NCBI GenBank assembly: GCA_951406725.2
Contig: OX597836.1
Location: 18,414,001-18,478,000, forward strand
From: Octopus vulgaris
Lineage: Eukaryota
Reading direction: 5' to 3'
DNA length: 64,000 nt
The position numbers were made by a program, and so were the translations under genes. The notes beneath the pieces were generated by a model, which searched no databases, was not told the origin of the DNA, and saw only the letters and a program-made list of their open reading frames with translations. The first letter of the stretch is position 1. The number at the start of each line of letters is the position of its first letter. Below, in pieces: positions 28,803-43,966 of this stretch.

Positions 28803-29847
28803 ATAGATAAATAACTTGTTATTTTTTTTATCCGTTATGTATGTTGCAGTTCTTGAAAAATTTCAGTCTAAGAATCATTTTATTGGATTATTTTGTTGTT
28901 GAAATATTCAAGACTTGTTGTCATGACTTGTTCTTGGCGAATATAATTTGATTTGTTTTTTGGTTTTTTTTGGTATTTCATTAGTCGATTGTGAATGGGA
29001 TTTATGAATTTTAAACTTCTTCACGAATGGGTTATTTATATCGAAACTTTGGTGAGAAGATATTAAAGGACATCAATGCGAAGCGCATTGTGACCAGCGA
29101 TGTGTAGCAACATCTGATAGCCTGGTCGGTCACGGTGATATATATATTCATACATACATATAGATAAATACATACGTACATTTAATAGATAGACTGTACA
29201 ATTGCATTATTGATGCAATCAACTCAAGAAGTATTCCATCCAGTGAGAGATAAATATCAATAGATAAATAACAAACACAGACACACACACACACACATCC
29301 CCTTCTTTCTCTCTTCATCTGTCCCTTTCTCCTCTCTTTTGTCCTCACGTGACCAGCCAGCGACTACTGCCTTTTCGCATCCAGCAGTCATTGTGACAAC
29401 ACGTATTTGTTTGTTCTCTGTGGCCTTAAGGCACTCTTCTATAGCCAGCTCAAAACTTAACTCGTCCTGTCGAAAAGACGCTTGTCCTGACGTCCTGCTT
29501 TTGTTGTTATCCTTACCATTATTGTTTTTACGTATTTTGTATTCTTATTCGTGCTATCATTATTGTTTTTACGTATTTTTGTATTTTTATTCGTGTAACA
29601 TCGTCCTTTTCCCGTCCCTGTGTTGTATACATTCGAGGCTTTCTTCCAAGGAATCTAATGCGCTTGGCTTAGATTTCCCTTGGGGCTGCCCAGATCGGAG
29701 CAATCTCAAGATTAATCAGCCGAAATTGCGAAGATGATCCGGTTCTTGACTGATGATTGAGGTCTTCGAATGTCCCGTCCGTGTTTTTTGTGTCGTCTTC
29801 TAAATGTTTCACGTTCTTGTCCCAGTTTGTATATTTTTTTTACTTTT

Positions 29848-30014
29848 ACACGACGGGCTTCTTTCAGTTTCTGTCTACCAAATCCACTCACAAGGCTTTG
29901 GTGAGCCCAAGGCTATAGTAGAAGACACTCGCCCAAGGTGCCACGCAGTGGGAATGAACCCGGAACGATGTGGCTGGTAAGCAAGCTATTTACCACACAG
30001 CCACTCCTGCGCCC
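29848..30014 (-). mobile_element. SINE family A, 5' half
   Basis: CGACGGGCTTCTTTCAG...CAGCCACTCCTGCGCC. Confidence 0.82.
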
Positions 30015-30347
30015 AAGTTGTTTAACTTATCTCAGTACTTGTAACTATGTTTAATTCTTTAGCTTTTTAATTCTCACTTATTAATTTAATCCATTGTGAT
30101 TCTTTTATTTATAAATATATTTTTCATTTATCTATTAATGTATTTCTCATATATATTTACTTTTTCTATCTTTTTCCAATTAATTTATCATTATTATAGT
30201 CCTTTCCTTTGGGCTTTGATATAAGTATTGAAATTCTCGTACGTTAGCTAAAATTTGAAGTGTATTTTTTTTTTACCTCAACTGGCTACAGTATCTTATA
30301 ACTAGAATAGAATTACTGATCATTGTTTTCATTGAAATTTTAACTAA

Positions 30348-30941
30348 CCTATTTCTTTACTACCCACAAGGGGCTAAACACAGATGGGACAAACAAGGAC
30401 AGACAAACGGATTAAGTCGATTATATCGACCCCAGTGCGTAACTGGTACTTAATTTATCGACCCCGAAAAGATGAAAGGCAAAGTCGACCTCGGCGGAAT
30501 TTGAACTCAGAACGTAACGGCAAACGAAATACCTATTCCTTTATTACCCACAAGGGGCTAAACATAGAGGGGGACAAACAAGGACAGACAAACGGATTAA
30601 GTCGATTATATCGACCCCAGTGCGTAACTGGTACTTAATTTATCGACCCCGAAAGGATGAAAGGCAAAGTCGACCTCGGCGGAATTTGAACTCAGAACGT
30701 AATGGCAGACGAAATACCTATTTCTTTATTACCCACAAGGGCTAAACACAGAGGGGACAAACAAGGACAGACAAACGGATTAAGTCGATTATATCGACCC
30801 CAGTGCGTAACTGGTACTTAATTTATCGACCCCAAAAGGATGAAAGGCAAAGTCGACCTCGGCGGAATTTGAACTCACAACGTAGCAGCAGACGAAATAC
30901 CGGTATGCATTTCGACCGTCGTTCCTGCCAGCTTACCGCCT
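30348..30941 (-). mobile_element. SINE family B trimer (one head, three tandem bodies of about 184 bp)
   Basis: Three near-identical units joined by GACGAAATACCTATTTC-type junctions near 30530 and 30715. Confidence 0.9.
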
Positions 30942-31210
30942 GAAATTTTAACCAACCAGTCTTCCATACACATGCCAGTTCCTATAGACATTGGTGGCAA
31001 AAAACTCGAAATAACATTTTAGCATAGAATACGTACACGTCGTCTTGTTTTATCGAGGTCAGTAAAAGTTTGAATACAATAAAAATTCCTACAACTTCAT
31101 ACTTAAATATATTTCCCCCTATACTGGCTCATCTGAAACGCGCGTAAGCAAATTATAAATTGTAAACTATGATTTGTATAATTCTCCAATGTTCTTTGTG
31201 TTATTTGCAT

Positions 31211-31240
<30 letters not shown>

Positions 31241-31241
<1 letters not shown>

Positions 31242-31630
31242 GCCTTTAGTCGAGCAAATCGACCCCAGGACTTATTCTTTGTAAGCCTAGTACTTATTCT
31301 AGCGGTCTCCTTTGCCAAACCGCAAAGTTACGGGGGCGTAAACGCACCAGCATCGGTTGTCAAGCGATGTTGGGGGGACAAACACAGACGAAATACCTAT
31401 TTCTTTACTATCCACAAGGGGTTAAACACAGAGAGGACAAACAAGGACAGACAAACGGATTAAGTCGATTATATGGACCCCAGTGCGTAACTGGTAGTTA
31501 ATTTATCGACCCCGAAGGGATGTAAGTCAAAGTTGACCTCGGCGAAATTTGAACTCAGAACGTAGCAGCAGACGGAATACCGCTAAGCATTTCGCCCGGC
31601 GTGCTAACGATTCTGCCAGCTCGCCGCCTT
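31241..31630 (-). mobile_element. Chimeric SINE: family B (31386-31630) fused to the 3' half of family A (31241-31388)
   Basis: Junction ...GGGACAAACACAGAC|GAAATACCTATTTC... Confidence 0.8.
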
Positions 31631-31927
31631 AGTTACGATATATATATTTTAAATATGTATTCAAGACCTCAAAAGAACACCAGACCGTCCACTTAAATCA
31701 TCATATCTTAGTCATGTTACATTTGGCGGTATTTCCCGATACGTATGTGTATGTATGTGTGTGCGTGTGTGTGTGAATGTGTATTAAACAAGAATATTGT
31801 TAACTAGGCGTAGGAGTGACTGTGTGGTAAGTAGCTTGCTTACCAACCACATGGTTCCGGGTTCAGTCCCACTGCGGTTCGGCAAAAGAGACCGATAGAA
31901 TAAATACTAGGCTTATGAGTCCTGGGT

Positions 31928-32540
31928 TCATTTGGAATGCTCACAGCAACCATATTCCTACCGCTCTATGTCACGCTGGTGAGACCCATATTGGAGTACG
32001 GAATTCAAGCCTCTTCTCCTTATCTCCTCAAAGACATACATCATCTCGGAAGAGTCCAGAAGCTGGCTACCCGCATGGTTCTTGGTCTCAAGCATTTGTC
32101 CTATGAAGAAAGGCTGAAGACGCTCGACCTTTATTCTCTAGAAAAACGCCGCCGCCGTGGTGATCTCATTCTCGCTCACAACATCATAAGCGGAAAGTGT
32201 AACCTCTCGAAAGAGCTGTTCTTCACTCCTGCTCCAGAGCGTCGGTTGCGGGGTCATTCCGAAAAGCTCTATCTGCGACGATTTCATCTCAATCGAAGGA
32301 GAGGGGCTTTCTCCGTCCGGGTTGCGGATCCGTGGAACAAACTGCCAGACGAGATGGTGAAGATGCCGACGACCGCTTTGTTCAAAGTCTCCCTTGACCT
32401 CAAGTGGCCTGAACTCTTTACATGAACACCACCCTGTACATAACTCCATGTCCCCCTACATGGCCTTGCTTTTTGCTTTTTGAGCCAAAAAAATTAACTT
32501 AACTTAACTAACTTAACTTAACTTAACTTAACTTAACTTA
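31928..32540 (+). mobile_element. 5'-truncated CR1/L2-group LINE: intact ORF2 C-terminus (to 32425), 3' UTR and (AACTT)n tail
   Basis: LYVTLVRPILEYG...SPY...RVQKLATRMV...LSYEERLKTLDLYSLEKRRRRGDLI...LRGH...FSVRVADPWNKLP is the typical CR1-group ORF2 end; pentamer tail at about 32496-32540. Confidence 0.92.
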
Positions 32541-32767
32541 AAGGCGATGCTCCAGCATGGCCACAGTCAAATGACTGAAACGAGTAAAAGAGTAAGAGTC
32601 ACTGCAGTCCAACGGTGGTTTGGCTAGGCGAAACTTCGCAGTCACAGTTAAAAGCCTTCTTGTTTAAGAATGATAAATTTGTACTCTACAAAAGTAAGCC
32701 ATCGGATTAAAGTAAAATTGGTTTTTATTATAACTAAAACATAAAAACAAACATTAATGCGCGGGTT

Positions 32768-33188
32768 GTAGGCGTACGAGTGACTGTGTGGTAAGTAGCT
32801 TGCTTACCAGCCACATGGTTCCGGGTTCAGTCCCACTGCGTGGCACCTTGGGCATGTGTCATCTACTATATATTTCTTTACTACCCACAAGGGGATAAAC
32901 ATAGAGGAGACAAACAAGGACAGACAAAGGGATTAAGACGATTACATCGACCCCAGTGCGAAACTGGTACTTAATTTATCGACCCCGAAAGGATGAAAGG
33001 CAAAGTCGACCTCGGCGGAATTTGAACACAGAACGTAACGGCAGACGAAATACGGCTACGCATTTCGCTCGGTGTGCCAACGTGTCTGCCAGCTCGCCGT
33101 CTTCTACTATAGCCTCGGGCTGACCAAAGCCTCGAGTGGATTTGGTAGACGGAAACTGAAGGAAACCCGTCGTATACATGTATATATA

Positions 33189-33222
<34 letters not shown>
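32768..33222 (+). mobile_element. SINE A 5' half split by an antisense SINE B (32871-33101)
   Basis: TCTACTATA is duplicated on both sides of the SINE B insert (32862-32870 and 33103-33111). Confidence 0.85.
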
Positions 33223-33223
<1 letters not shown>

Positions 33224-33714
33224 ATTATATTGCTTCAAATTTTCGTACAAAGACGAGAGTTGAGAGGAGAGGAGTCAAGTCGTTTAGATCGCTCCCAACA
33301 CATGACTGGTACTTATTTCGTCGATTCTTAGAGGATCAAAGCAAAGTCGACCTCGGCAGATTTGAACTCTGAACATGAAGAGCAGGAAGAAATGTTGTCT
33401 GCCGTGCTAACGATCCTACAAGATCGCCGCCTTACGTCCATCCATCCATCCATCAAACTACCCATACATACGTACGTACATACATATATACATACATACA
33501 TACATACACACAAGACTCCCTATGATGACAAGGTATCCCTTGGACATCCCTGTCGTGCATGATGGTTTTATTTATTTATTTATATATTTATGTTTTTGGC
33601 CTTAACTTCCCTCCTCCCTTTTCACGCCACTCACACTTCCGGTTCAATTTTCCCTTTCTATTTCTTTCAAAATTATCACGATTAAAATTTTGATCGTGAA
33701 CCAACCTGTTTTTC

Positions 33715-33779
<65 letters not shown>

Positions 33780-33794
33780 ACATGCACCCATACA

Positions 33795-33826
<32 letters not shown>

Positions 33827-34244
33827 AACATAAATACATGCACACATACATACATATATACATAGGTATGTTCATGAAATTATATACCCATGCATCGTGA
33901 AACTTCATGCTGGCGTGTAGATGTCTATATATATATATATATATATATATGAATAAATGAAAATTTCCATGCTGACGATAAACATAGGATAATTCATTCA
34001 CCTACTTATATATATATATATATATACTCGCATGTGTTTGTTTGTATGTGCATGTATATGTACGTGTAAGTGTACGTATGTGTCCGTATACGCATGGGTG
34101 TATACAGGGTGTTTATGTATGGTATATATATGGATATGCAGTTATAGACCCCACTGGATGTTCTTAATATTAAAATGCGGTGATTCAAATGAATCCTACA
34201 AATAATTAATATTATTACGTAATTTATAAATACATATATATATA

Positions 34245-34300
<56 letters not shown>

Positions 34301-34324
34301 CGTGTGTGTGTGTGTGCATGTAAG

Positions 34325-34363
<39 letters not shown>

Positions 34364-34636
34364 ATGTATATATGTATATACACATGCATACACTAGAACA
34401 TACATGTATGCTTATATTACATAGATGGACAAACGTACATACATGCATACATTCATACATACATAGATACATACATACATACATGCATACATTCATACAT
34501 ACATAGATACATACATACATACACACATACATACATATACACGGACATAGTTGTCTGAAAACATAGTATACCGCGTGATGTGGCTGACATCTTGGAAAAA
34601 GTTAGTGTCGGTTGACAAATAAGCGTAGACATCAAA

Positions 34637-34670
<34 letters not shown>

Positions 34671-35001
34671 GAAACAGGCCAGATACACTATACAAGCACG
34701 CGTACAAACTCGTACAGACGGCGAACAAACACACACACACGCGCATACACAAGCACGCACAGAGGTGTTTTACGACAAGCACATATATACACGCATACAT
34801 GTTAGTGTCAGCACATATTAAGGACAGACAGACGCCATTAATTTTATTTACATACGCGTGAGGACATATACATATATATATATATATATATAAATAAATA
34901 TATGGTGTGTCTGTATGTACATATGTATTTATGCATGTGTGTATGTATGCATGTAGATACGCAGTAAGAGAGAGGGGGGGAGAGAGTGAAGAACAGATAT
35001 G

Positions 35002-35053
<52 letters not shown>

Positions 35054-35349
35054 CATATACAAACGTATCACATGTATATCAATAAAATATATATATGTAT
35101 ATATGTACATGAATTTATCTATTTAAAACTATATATAGAGATTCATGCATCATCCTGTATATAGTCATCCAAACACAAAATATACATAAACATATATGTG
35201 GGGGTGGGAGGAGGCTTGCATTTCTAACTGTGTAAGCGTAGGCATTTGTGTGTGTGTCCTTACCAGTGTGTGTGTAAACTTTTGCTGATCAAGTGGCCTA
35301 CACACACACATATACATATGAATATGTCTGTATATATCTATATCTATAT

Positions 35350-35405
<56 letters not shown>

Positions 35406-35579
35406 ATATACAGACATATTCATATATCTATATCTATATCTATATCTATCTATATATATAAACATATATGTATGTGTGTGTGTTGTGTTGTGTGCGTAAA
35501 TTTATACCTATATATGCAAACATACATATATGTACATGCACACTAACACACACAAGTCACGTATGTATGATACATATAT

Positions 35580-35634
<55 letters not shown>

Positions 35635-35647
35635 CACATATATATAT

Positions 35648-35679
<32 letters not shown>

Positions 35680-36269
35680 GCACGTCCATATTAGTATAGA
35701 TACACACATATATACATACATGCATATAAAACTGAAACATACATACAGCCAGCTAGACCTACAAAAATAAATAGAACCACACAGACAATCACACAACCAA
35801 CGAATTAGGTTCTAAGCGTTTACTCGATTTTCTAGAAGTAGCAGTCAATTCCACCTCAATCCTGAAAACAAATGGACACCTTCGATAACGTTTTAGCTGC
35901 TTCTCAGCCCCGTGGGGACTGAAAGTGATGTAATCACGGCTGAAGCGCCTATGACTTTAGGAGTGGTTGATCCGGGTTGTCCTGGGGTTAAACAACAGCA
36001 ACGATGACGACGATGACAGCGACAATGACGTCGACACCAACAACAACGCACATTTTCAATTAGGTTCGCATTCAGTCGCACATTCATAATAAAAACACAT
36101 CTATAATTACACACTGCTAAGCGCGCGCACACACACACACACACACACGGAGATTTCCGTCAACGCACTCCCCCACAGAGACACAAGCATAGATGTGTGT
36201 GCGTGTATATATACATATGTGTATGTGTGTGTGTGTTTGTGTCTGTATGTATACATATATATATATGTA

Positions 36270-36319
<50 letters not shown>

Positions 36320-36470
36320 TATATATAAATATATATATATATATATTTATATATATATGTATATATATACACACACAAACACACACTCATATGTGCATTC
36401 TCATAAGCATACACATATATATATTTAGAAACATGCAAAGACATATATATGTGTATATGTATATTTTTAG

Positions 36471-36513
<43 letters not shown>

Positions 36514-37169
36514 TATACATATATATATATATAAACATATATACATATGTATATATATGTGTATATGTACATATATATACATATAGATGTACGTATATAT
36601 ATATATGTATTCATGTATGTTTATATATATATATATATATTTATATGCATATATAAACACACACACACACACACATATATATATACATACATATATGGTC
36701 AGGTAGGGTGTGAAATTAGAGTATTTCGACCTGAATTTTCTTTTCTTTTTTCTTTTCGTTGATAAATCTATATATATATTTTTTTTCGTTGATAAATGTT
36801 AGCCATGTGTTTGTATGTGCATGTGTGTGCGTGTCCGTGTGTATATGTGCACGCGCGTGTGTATATGTATGTATATATATATATATGTGTGTATGTATGT
36901 ATGTGTGTATGTATGTATGTATGTATGTATGCATGTATGTATGTATGTATGTATGTATGTATGTATAAACACACTCTACCAGTCCCGACATCAATCACAG
37001 GAACTTACATACGCACACATTTCAAATCAAACTTTATTTAAAGAAATATACATACACACATACAAGTATATACTTACTATCATACCCTCACACGTACACA
37101 AACACACACTTTTAAGTTTGTGTACATACATATACATATACATGTATATATATGTATAAACAAATATGT

Positions 37170-37280
<111 letters not shown>

Positions 37281-39127
37281 AAATGAGGGTGAAAAATCGA
37301 TACTAATTTAATAATACCATCAATTTATATATATATATATATATATGCATGTATAAGTATATATATTACCTATATAATATATATACACATATAGAAAGAC
37401 ATATATGCGTGTGTATATATATGCATACATATCGATCTATCTATATATGTGTGTTTGTGTGTGTGTCATATAAAGAAAAATGTTATACACATTCCTACAA
37501 TACATACACGCATGGACGTACGTACGAGCAAGCGCAAAAAGACATTCTCCCAATTTTCCAACACCCAAGCAGTCACTCAACAACGCGCGTTCGAAACGCA
37601 CTCACACACATATGCACGCACACACAGAGAGGCGCGCACACACTTACACGTGCTCACGCATGCTGCAGAAAGTGTGCAGTAGTTAGAGAAATGCATCGGA
37701 TTGTGCAGTGAGTACAATATTTCAGTCGCACGCTGTTTAAACGCGCACCTGTTGTAGTCTAAATTCTCTTTTTTTTTTTTTTTCACCTGTGTGTGTCTCT
37801 CTTCGACACTGCACCGCCGTACTTGCACCGTCATCACCGACACCACCACCACCACCACCACCATTTTCCACAGTTATTAATAATCACTATAATTAATAAT
37901 AATCATCGTCATCGTTTTAATTTCTTTTTTTACTTCGTCATCGTCACTATTGTCATCACTTATGGTCGTCCGTCCGTCCATCGTCGTCATCATCCTCATC
38001 ACCACTGTAATGGTCATGCTATTGCCATCATCTTTGTCATCATCCTCATCATCGTCCTCAATATTATTGTCATTCTTCTTGCCGTCGTGGTCGTCATCGT
38101 CATCATCATCATCATCATCATCATCTTCATCAAACTCGTTGATGTAATTATTATCATCGTCATTTCGTTATTTATCGTTTTTTATCGAGTTTCTTGTTCT
38201 TTTTAGTATTGTCATCGTCGCTGTCATCATCATCATCATCACCGTTAGCATCATCAGCGTCGTCGTCGCACTAAATTCTTTTTCTGTTGGTGTTTTTTTC
38301 TTTCTAGCGTAGTTTTCTTCTTATTTATTTTTTTCACTATTTGCGTTTTTAGTCTTTGTTGTTGTTGTTATTTTTACCGTCGTTTTTTTTTTTTTTTTTT
38401 TTTTTTTTGGAAAGTTGTTGTCATATGTGTCTTATAATAATAATGGTTCCAAAGATTTTGGCAGATAACGTCTACAGCTGTCTGTGAGGTAACGTCCGTC
38501 AACGACGAATAGAAACAGCTACGACAACAACAACAACAACAACAACAGCAACAACAACGACAACAACAACGACATCGACAGAAAGAACAATAACAACAAG
38601 AGCAACGAGAAGATAAATAAAAGAAATTCGCAACTTCAACTTTAGCGACAACAACAGCAACAACATCTACATCAACGGGGGACATCAACGAGAACAAGAA
38701 CAACGACAATAGGACAGACATCGTTATCGGTGACACAACAACAACAACAAAAGTACCAGCAACAGCGCTAAAAGGAAAACAAACAGAAATTGAAATATAA
38801 ACACAATAACAACAAGTATAACAGGATATCATCATTATCATCATCACCAGCATCATCAACAACAACAACGGCACGATCAAGCCCTCTTCGTGGACACTTG
38901 ACTGCCTAGAAATAGCAGCGAAAAAAAAAACTTCCTTCGAAAAATATCGTATGCAGACAGACTTTTTACAGGAAACAAAACAAAATAATTAAAAGACGGG
39001 ATTGTCACGGCTAGAACACCTGATACAACTACCACTACTTCCTGCTAAATCGGGACTGACCTGGGGCTAAGCAACAGCAATATCTACAGGGTGACCACAG
39101 CCACAGCGAAGACATAAAAAATACAAC

Positions 39128-39168
<41 letters not shown>

Positions 39169-39260
39169 TACCCATATAAAAAGCGGCGACAACATCAAGA
39201 AGAATATCCCTATTCAATTACAGCAACAACAACAACAATATTGATATATTTAAAAAAATA

Positions 39261-39294
<34 letters not shown>

Positions 39295-39522
39295 GTTTTA
39301 CTGCTACTACTGCTACTGCTACTGCTGCTGCTGCTACTACTACTGCTACTACTACTTGATAAAAAAACAATTGTTAAAAGACATCAGTACCGTAAAACTA
39401 CAACATAAATATCAACAACAACTACGTTTATAAAACTTAAAGGAACAACAACAACAACAACAACACAGCAGCAACAACTACTAAATTATTAACAACCACT
39501 TCTACTGCTACTACTACTACTG

Positions 39523-39560
<38 letters not shown>

Positions 39561-39561
39561 G

Positions 39562-39617
<56 letters not shown>

Positions 39618-40330
39618 GTTGCTACTGTCGCTACTGTTACTACAACTATATCAGAGAGATTATAACATCTTCAACGAAAACATTAACAGCAACAACAAAA
39701 ACATAAACAACAATAATAATAACAACGAGAAAAGTAAAAGAGAAGGAGAGAGAGAAAGAGAGAAAAAGAGAGACAGACAGAAAGACAGACCGGTGGTGGT
39801 GAACGCTGACAACAAACTGACCGGTGAATTAAGGTGGACAGTGCCTTCAGAGTGTGTCACAGCGGGGGCAGCGTGGTGAGGGGCAGAGGGAGAGGAAGCA
39901 TAGAACATCATCATCAACAGCATTATCATTATCATCATCATCATCAACATCATCACCATCAACAGCAGCGGTAGCAGTAACAGCGCTTGCAGCAAGCACG
40001 AGCATCACCGGCAGCAGCATCAGCGGCATCACCTGAAGCAGTAAATATTGCTTTCATTATTAAACAAAGTCATCAACTTCGCCGCCGCCGCCGCCGCCGC
40101 CAGCAGCAGCAACTGTGACAACGTCATCATCATCACCACCACCGCCAACAACAACAACAGCAACAGCATTATCTTGTCGCCAGCATCCATCACCATCGAC
40201 ATCGCCAAAAGCAGCGACATCTACATTCATCATCAACATCATCAGCAACATCGTTTTCATCAACCGCTTAACACTGGAGAACAACATCAACAACGACAGC
40301 AGTAGCGCCACCATCACCACCATCGCCACC

Positions 40331-40362
<32 letters not shown>

Positions 40363-41088
40363 CAACAACAGTTGCAGCTGCAAAATCAGCTGCAAAGGAA
40401 GAAGGAGAGGGTAGAGGAAGATATATGTAAAAGACAAACGAGAGGTGCAGGAAGAGGGTAAGAGAGAGGAGGAGGAGAAGTGAGTGGTTGTGGTGGTGGT
40501 GGCGGTGGTAACGGTTGTTGTTGTAGCGGTGGTGGTGGTAGCGGTAGTGGTAGTGGTGGCGGTGGTGGTGTGGGAAGAAGTGTCGGGTGGGAAGTCAAGT
40601 GGACGCGACAGAAAGGAGTTGCTCTGTGCTCCGGGGGAGAGAAGAGTTCGCCGTGTAACAACAACAATAACAACAACACATACTACTACTACAACTACTA
40701 CTACTACCACTATTACTACTACAAATAATAATGATAATAATAATAATACCCACAAGAGGCTAAACATAGAGGGGACAAAATAATAATAATAATAATAATA
40801 ATAATAGTAATAGTAATAGTAATAATAATAATTATAATAATAATAATAACACCGCAATAACAATATCAACAACAATAATAAGCAATAATACCTACATAGC
40901 AACAACAATAATAACGGCAATTGCGACCAAAGCGGCGCGCCCAACGTCAGCGACAATAACAACAGCGACAAACAGTTATTTCAACAACAACAACAACAAC
41001 AACAACAACAGCGATAGCAAAAAAAAACACAAACAAAAAGACAGCGGTTGTAGTTGTAACACCAACGACATAGTTATTATCGCCATCG

Positions 41089-41128
<40 letters not shown>

Positions 41129-41542
41129 AATCACTGACGACATAGAATAGAGGAGGTGACAGCGAGGGTGGCACCAACAACAGTAAGAACAAGAACAATT
41201 GTTAACTGTAACATAAAAGAATAGCAGTGACAAGTGACAACGCAGCACAAAAGCAGCAGCAGCAGCGAAGCGTGAGGCAACAACAACAACAACAACAACA
41301 ACAAAAACAAGTACAGTAGTAGTAGTAGTAGTAGAAGAAAAAGAAAAAGAAGAAGAAGAGGAAGGGGAAGAGGAAGAGAGAGAAGAAGAAGAGGACAACG
41401 CAACAAAAACAAGCGTGTTGACGACACCCTCAGCAGCAGCAGCAGTAGCAGCAGCGGTAACGGCGGGAGTAATAGCAACAACAACCACAAAGTAACATCA
41501 GATGTAGTTGGAACAGTGATAGCAGTGACAGCAACAACAACG

Positions 41543-41573
<31 letters not shown>

Positions 41574-43415
41574 GCAACTACTACGATAACAGTAGCAACA
41601 AACGGCGGTGCCTCTGTCACCACTACTACTGCTGCTACCGCTGTTGCTGTTGCTGCAAGCAGTGACGACAACAACAACAACAACAACTGCTACAAAAAGA
41701 AGAAGAGAAACTTGCACGACCATAGAATTGGCAGGAAATAACGGCGGGTGACATCACAACGACAACAACAACAGCGACAATAAACGCGACAACAACTTTA
41801 TTAAGAGTTGCAGTAAGCAACAGGTGTGACAATATCACCGTCAGCACCTGTAGCAGTCGTAGGGACAGCAGCAACCAACAACAGCGACTAATAAGCAATA
41901 ACAACAACGGCAGCAGCAACGACAGCAACAGCAGCAGCAGCAGTAACGGACCAATCAACCAGCGGTTTAAAAACCGTTCCTACCTTTGTACTACCACCAC
42001 CACCACCATTACTTCACCTCCCCCTCTTCTTTATACCGCTGAATATAACATCAACCCCCACCGCCTCTATCAACAACACCAACAACAACAACATACTTTG
42101 AACATCACAATCAACAACACCACCTCATCTTACATACAACAACCAATAACAACATCAACAAATGACAATACACTTCCTCTAACATTTTCGACGGTCAAAA
42201 AAATACCTACTTCACCACCAACAACCACAAGACAACACTAAATTTTTAAACAACAACAACAATAGCCGAAACAATAAGATCAAGAGTACTAGTACCAACA
42301 CTGCCTAAAATACCTTCAGTGCCATTCGCCTTCTCACCGTAACACCAACACCACCACCACCACCACCACCATAATCAATACTACAATACTACAAGTGTAT
42401 ATATTTGTATATATAATAACAACAACACTACAACAATAGCATAACAGGACATTCATAACCTGACAACAACAACAAAAATAACAAGAATACTGCCTTGCTC
42501 AGCACTAACCTGACGGTGGTGGCAAAACAATAACAATTACAACAATAATAATAATAACAGCAGTATCGTTATTAAGAACAGTCGACTCTGATCTGCTGGA
42601 AATAACACTTTCCAAAATAACGGGATGGTCACGACGGGAATACTTTTCAATTGTTTATTTGCGCAGTCAGAGATGACCTCGGGTTAAACGACAATAGTGA
42701 TATATATATATAATATCGATAGCACTTAACAGCAACAACAAGAATAACAACAACAACAACAATAACAATAACAATAACAAAAAAAGGCATCGCCCTTCGA
42801 ACTCCCACGCCACCCACATTTACAACAACAAATTTTGTAACAACGCCACCATCGTCACCACAAGCAACAACAACAACAAAAACAACACGAGTGACACCTG
42901 TAAAAAGTACCACCATCATTAGCACAATAACCATCACTTCAAAATCTGTAACGTAAACGTCATCATCATCATCATCGTCATCATCATCATCACCATCATC
43001 GTCATCAGCGCTAACAGCAGCAGCACCACCGCCGCAGGCAGCATCACCTTTTCTATATTTTCCCTCTCACCGCAGCCCCTTTATTTTTTCCTAACTCCAC
43101 CGCCTCCTTACTTTTCTTCGACCTCCCCCTCCGCCTCTTTTTTCGTCGCACACCTCTCCATCCTCCCCCTTTAATACAACAAACGGTGCCACCATCACGC
43201 CTTTCTTGCATCATCATCATCATCATCATCATCATCAGTGTCATCATCATCATCATCATCATCGTCATCATCACCATCATCATCTTGATCACCTTCCTCA
43301 TCATCGTCGTCGTCATCGTTATCAACCCCTCTATCATCATTATCATCATCATCAACAATATCGCCGCCGTCATCGCTACCACCACCATCACTTCTGCAAT
43401 AACAACAACAACAGC

Positions 43416-43465
<50 letters not shown>

Positions 43466-43545
43466 AAACAACAGCAGCAGAACTTGCAGCAACAAGTGCA
43501 ACTAAAGTAGCAACAACATCAACACCAACACCAACAACTGCAGCA

Positions 43546-43885
43546 ACAAGTGCAATAATAATATTAATAACAACTGCACAAACAACAACACCTGCAACTA
43601 CAACAACAACTGTAACAAGTGCAATAATAATAATATTAATAACAACTGCACAAACAACAACACCTGCAACTACAACAACAACTGTAACAAGTGCAATAAT
43701 AATAATATTAATAACAACTGCACAAACAACAACACCTGCAACTACAACAACAACTGTAACAAGTGCAATAATAATAATATTAATACCAACTGCACAAACA
43801 ACAACACCTGCAACTACAACAACAACTGTAACAAGTGCAATAATAATAATATTAATAACAACTGCACAAACAACAACACCTGAAA
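43546..43885 (+). repeat. 72-bp minisatellite, about 4.7 near-identical copies
   Basis: ACAAGTGCAATAATA... recurs at 43546, 43615, 43687, 43759, 43831. Confidence 0.9.
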
Positions 43886-43966
43886 CAACAACACCAACAA
43901 CTGCAACAGCAGCAACAACAAAAGCAACTACAGCTGCAACAACAGCAACAACAAAAGCAACGATAG

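Noticed and set aside
29630-29760. Structured repeat with GGCTG...CAGCC-GAAA
   Set aside because: Hairpins are present but no CUGANGA core is visible; left as an unclassified repeat.
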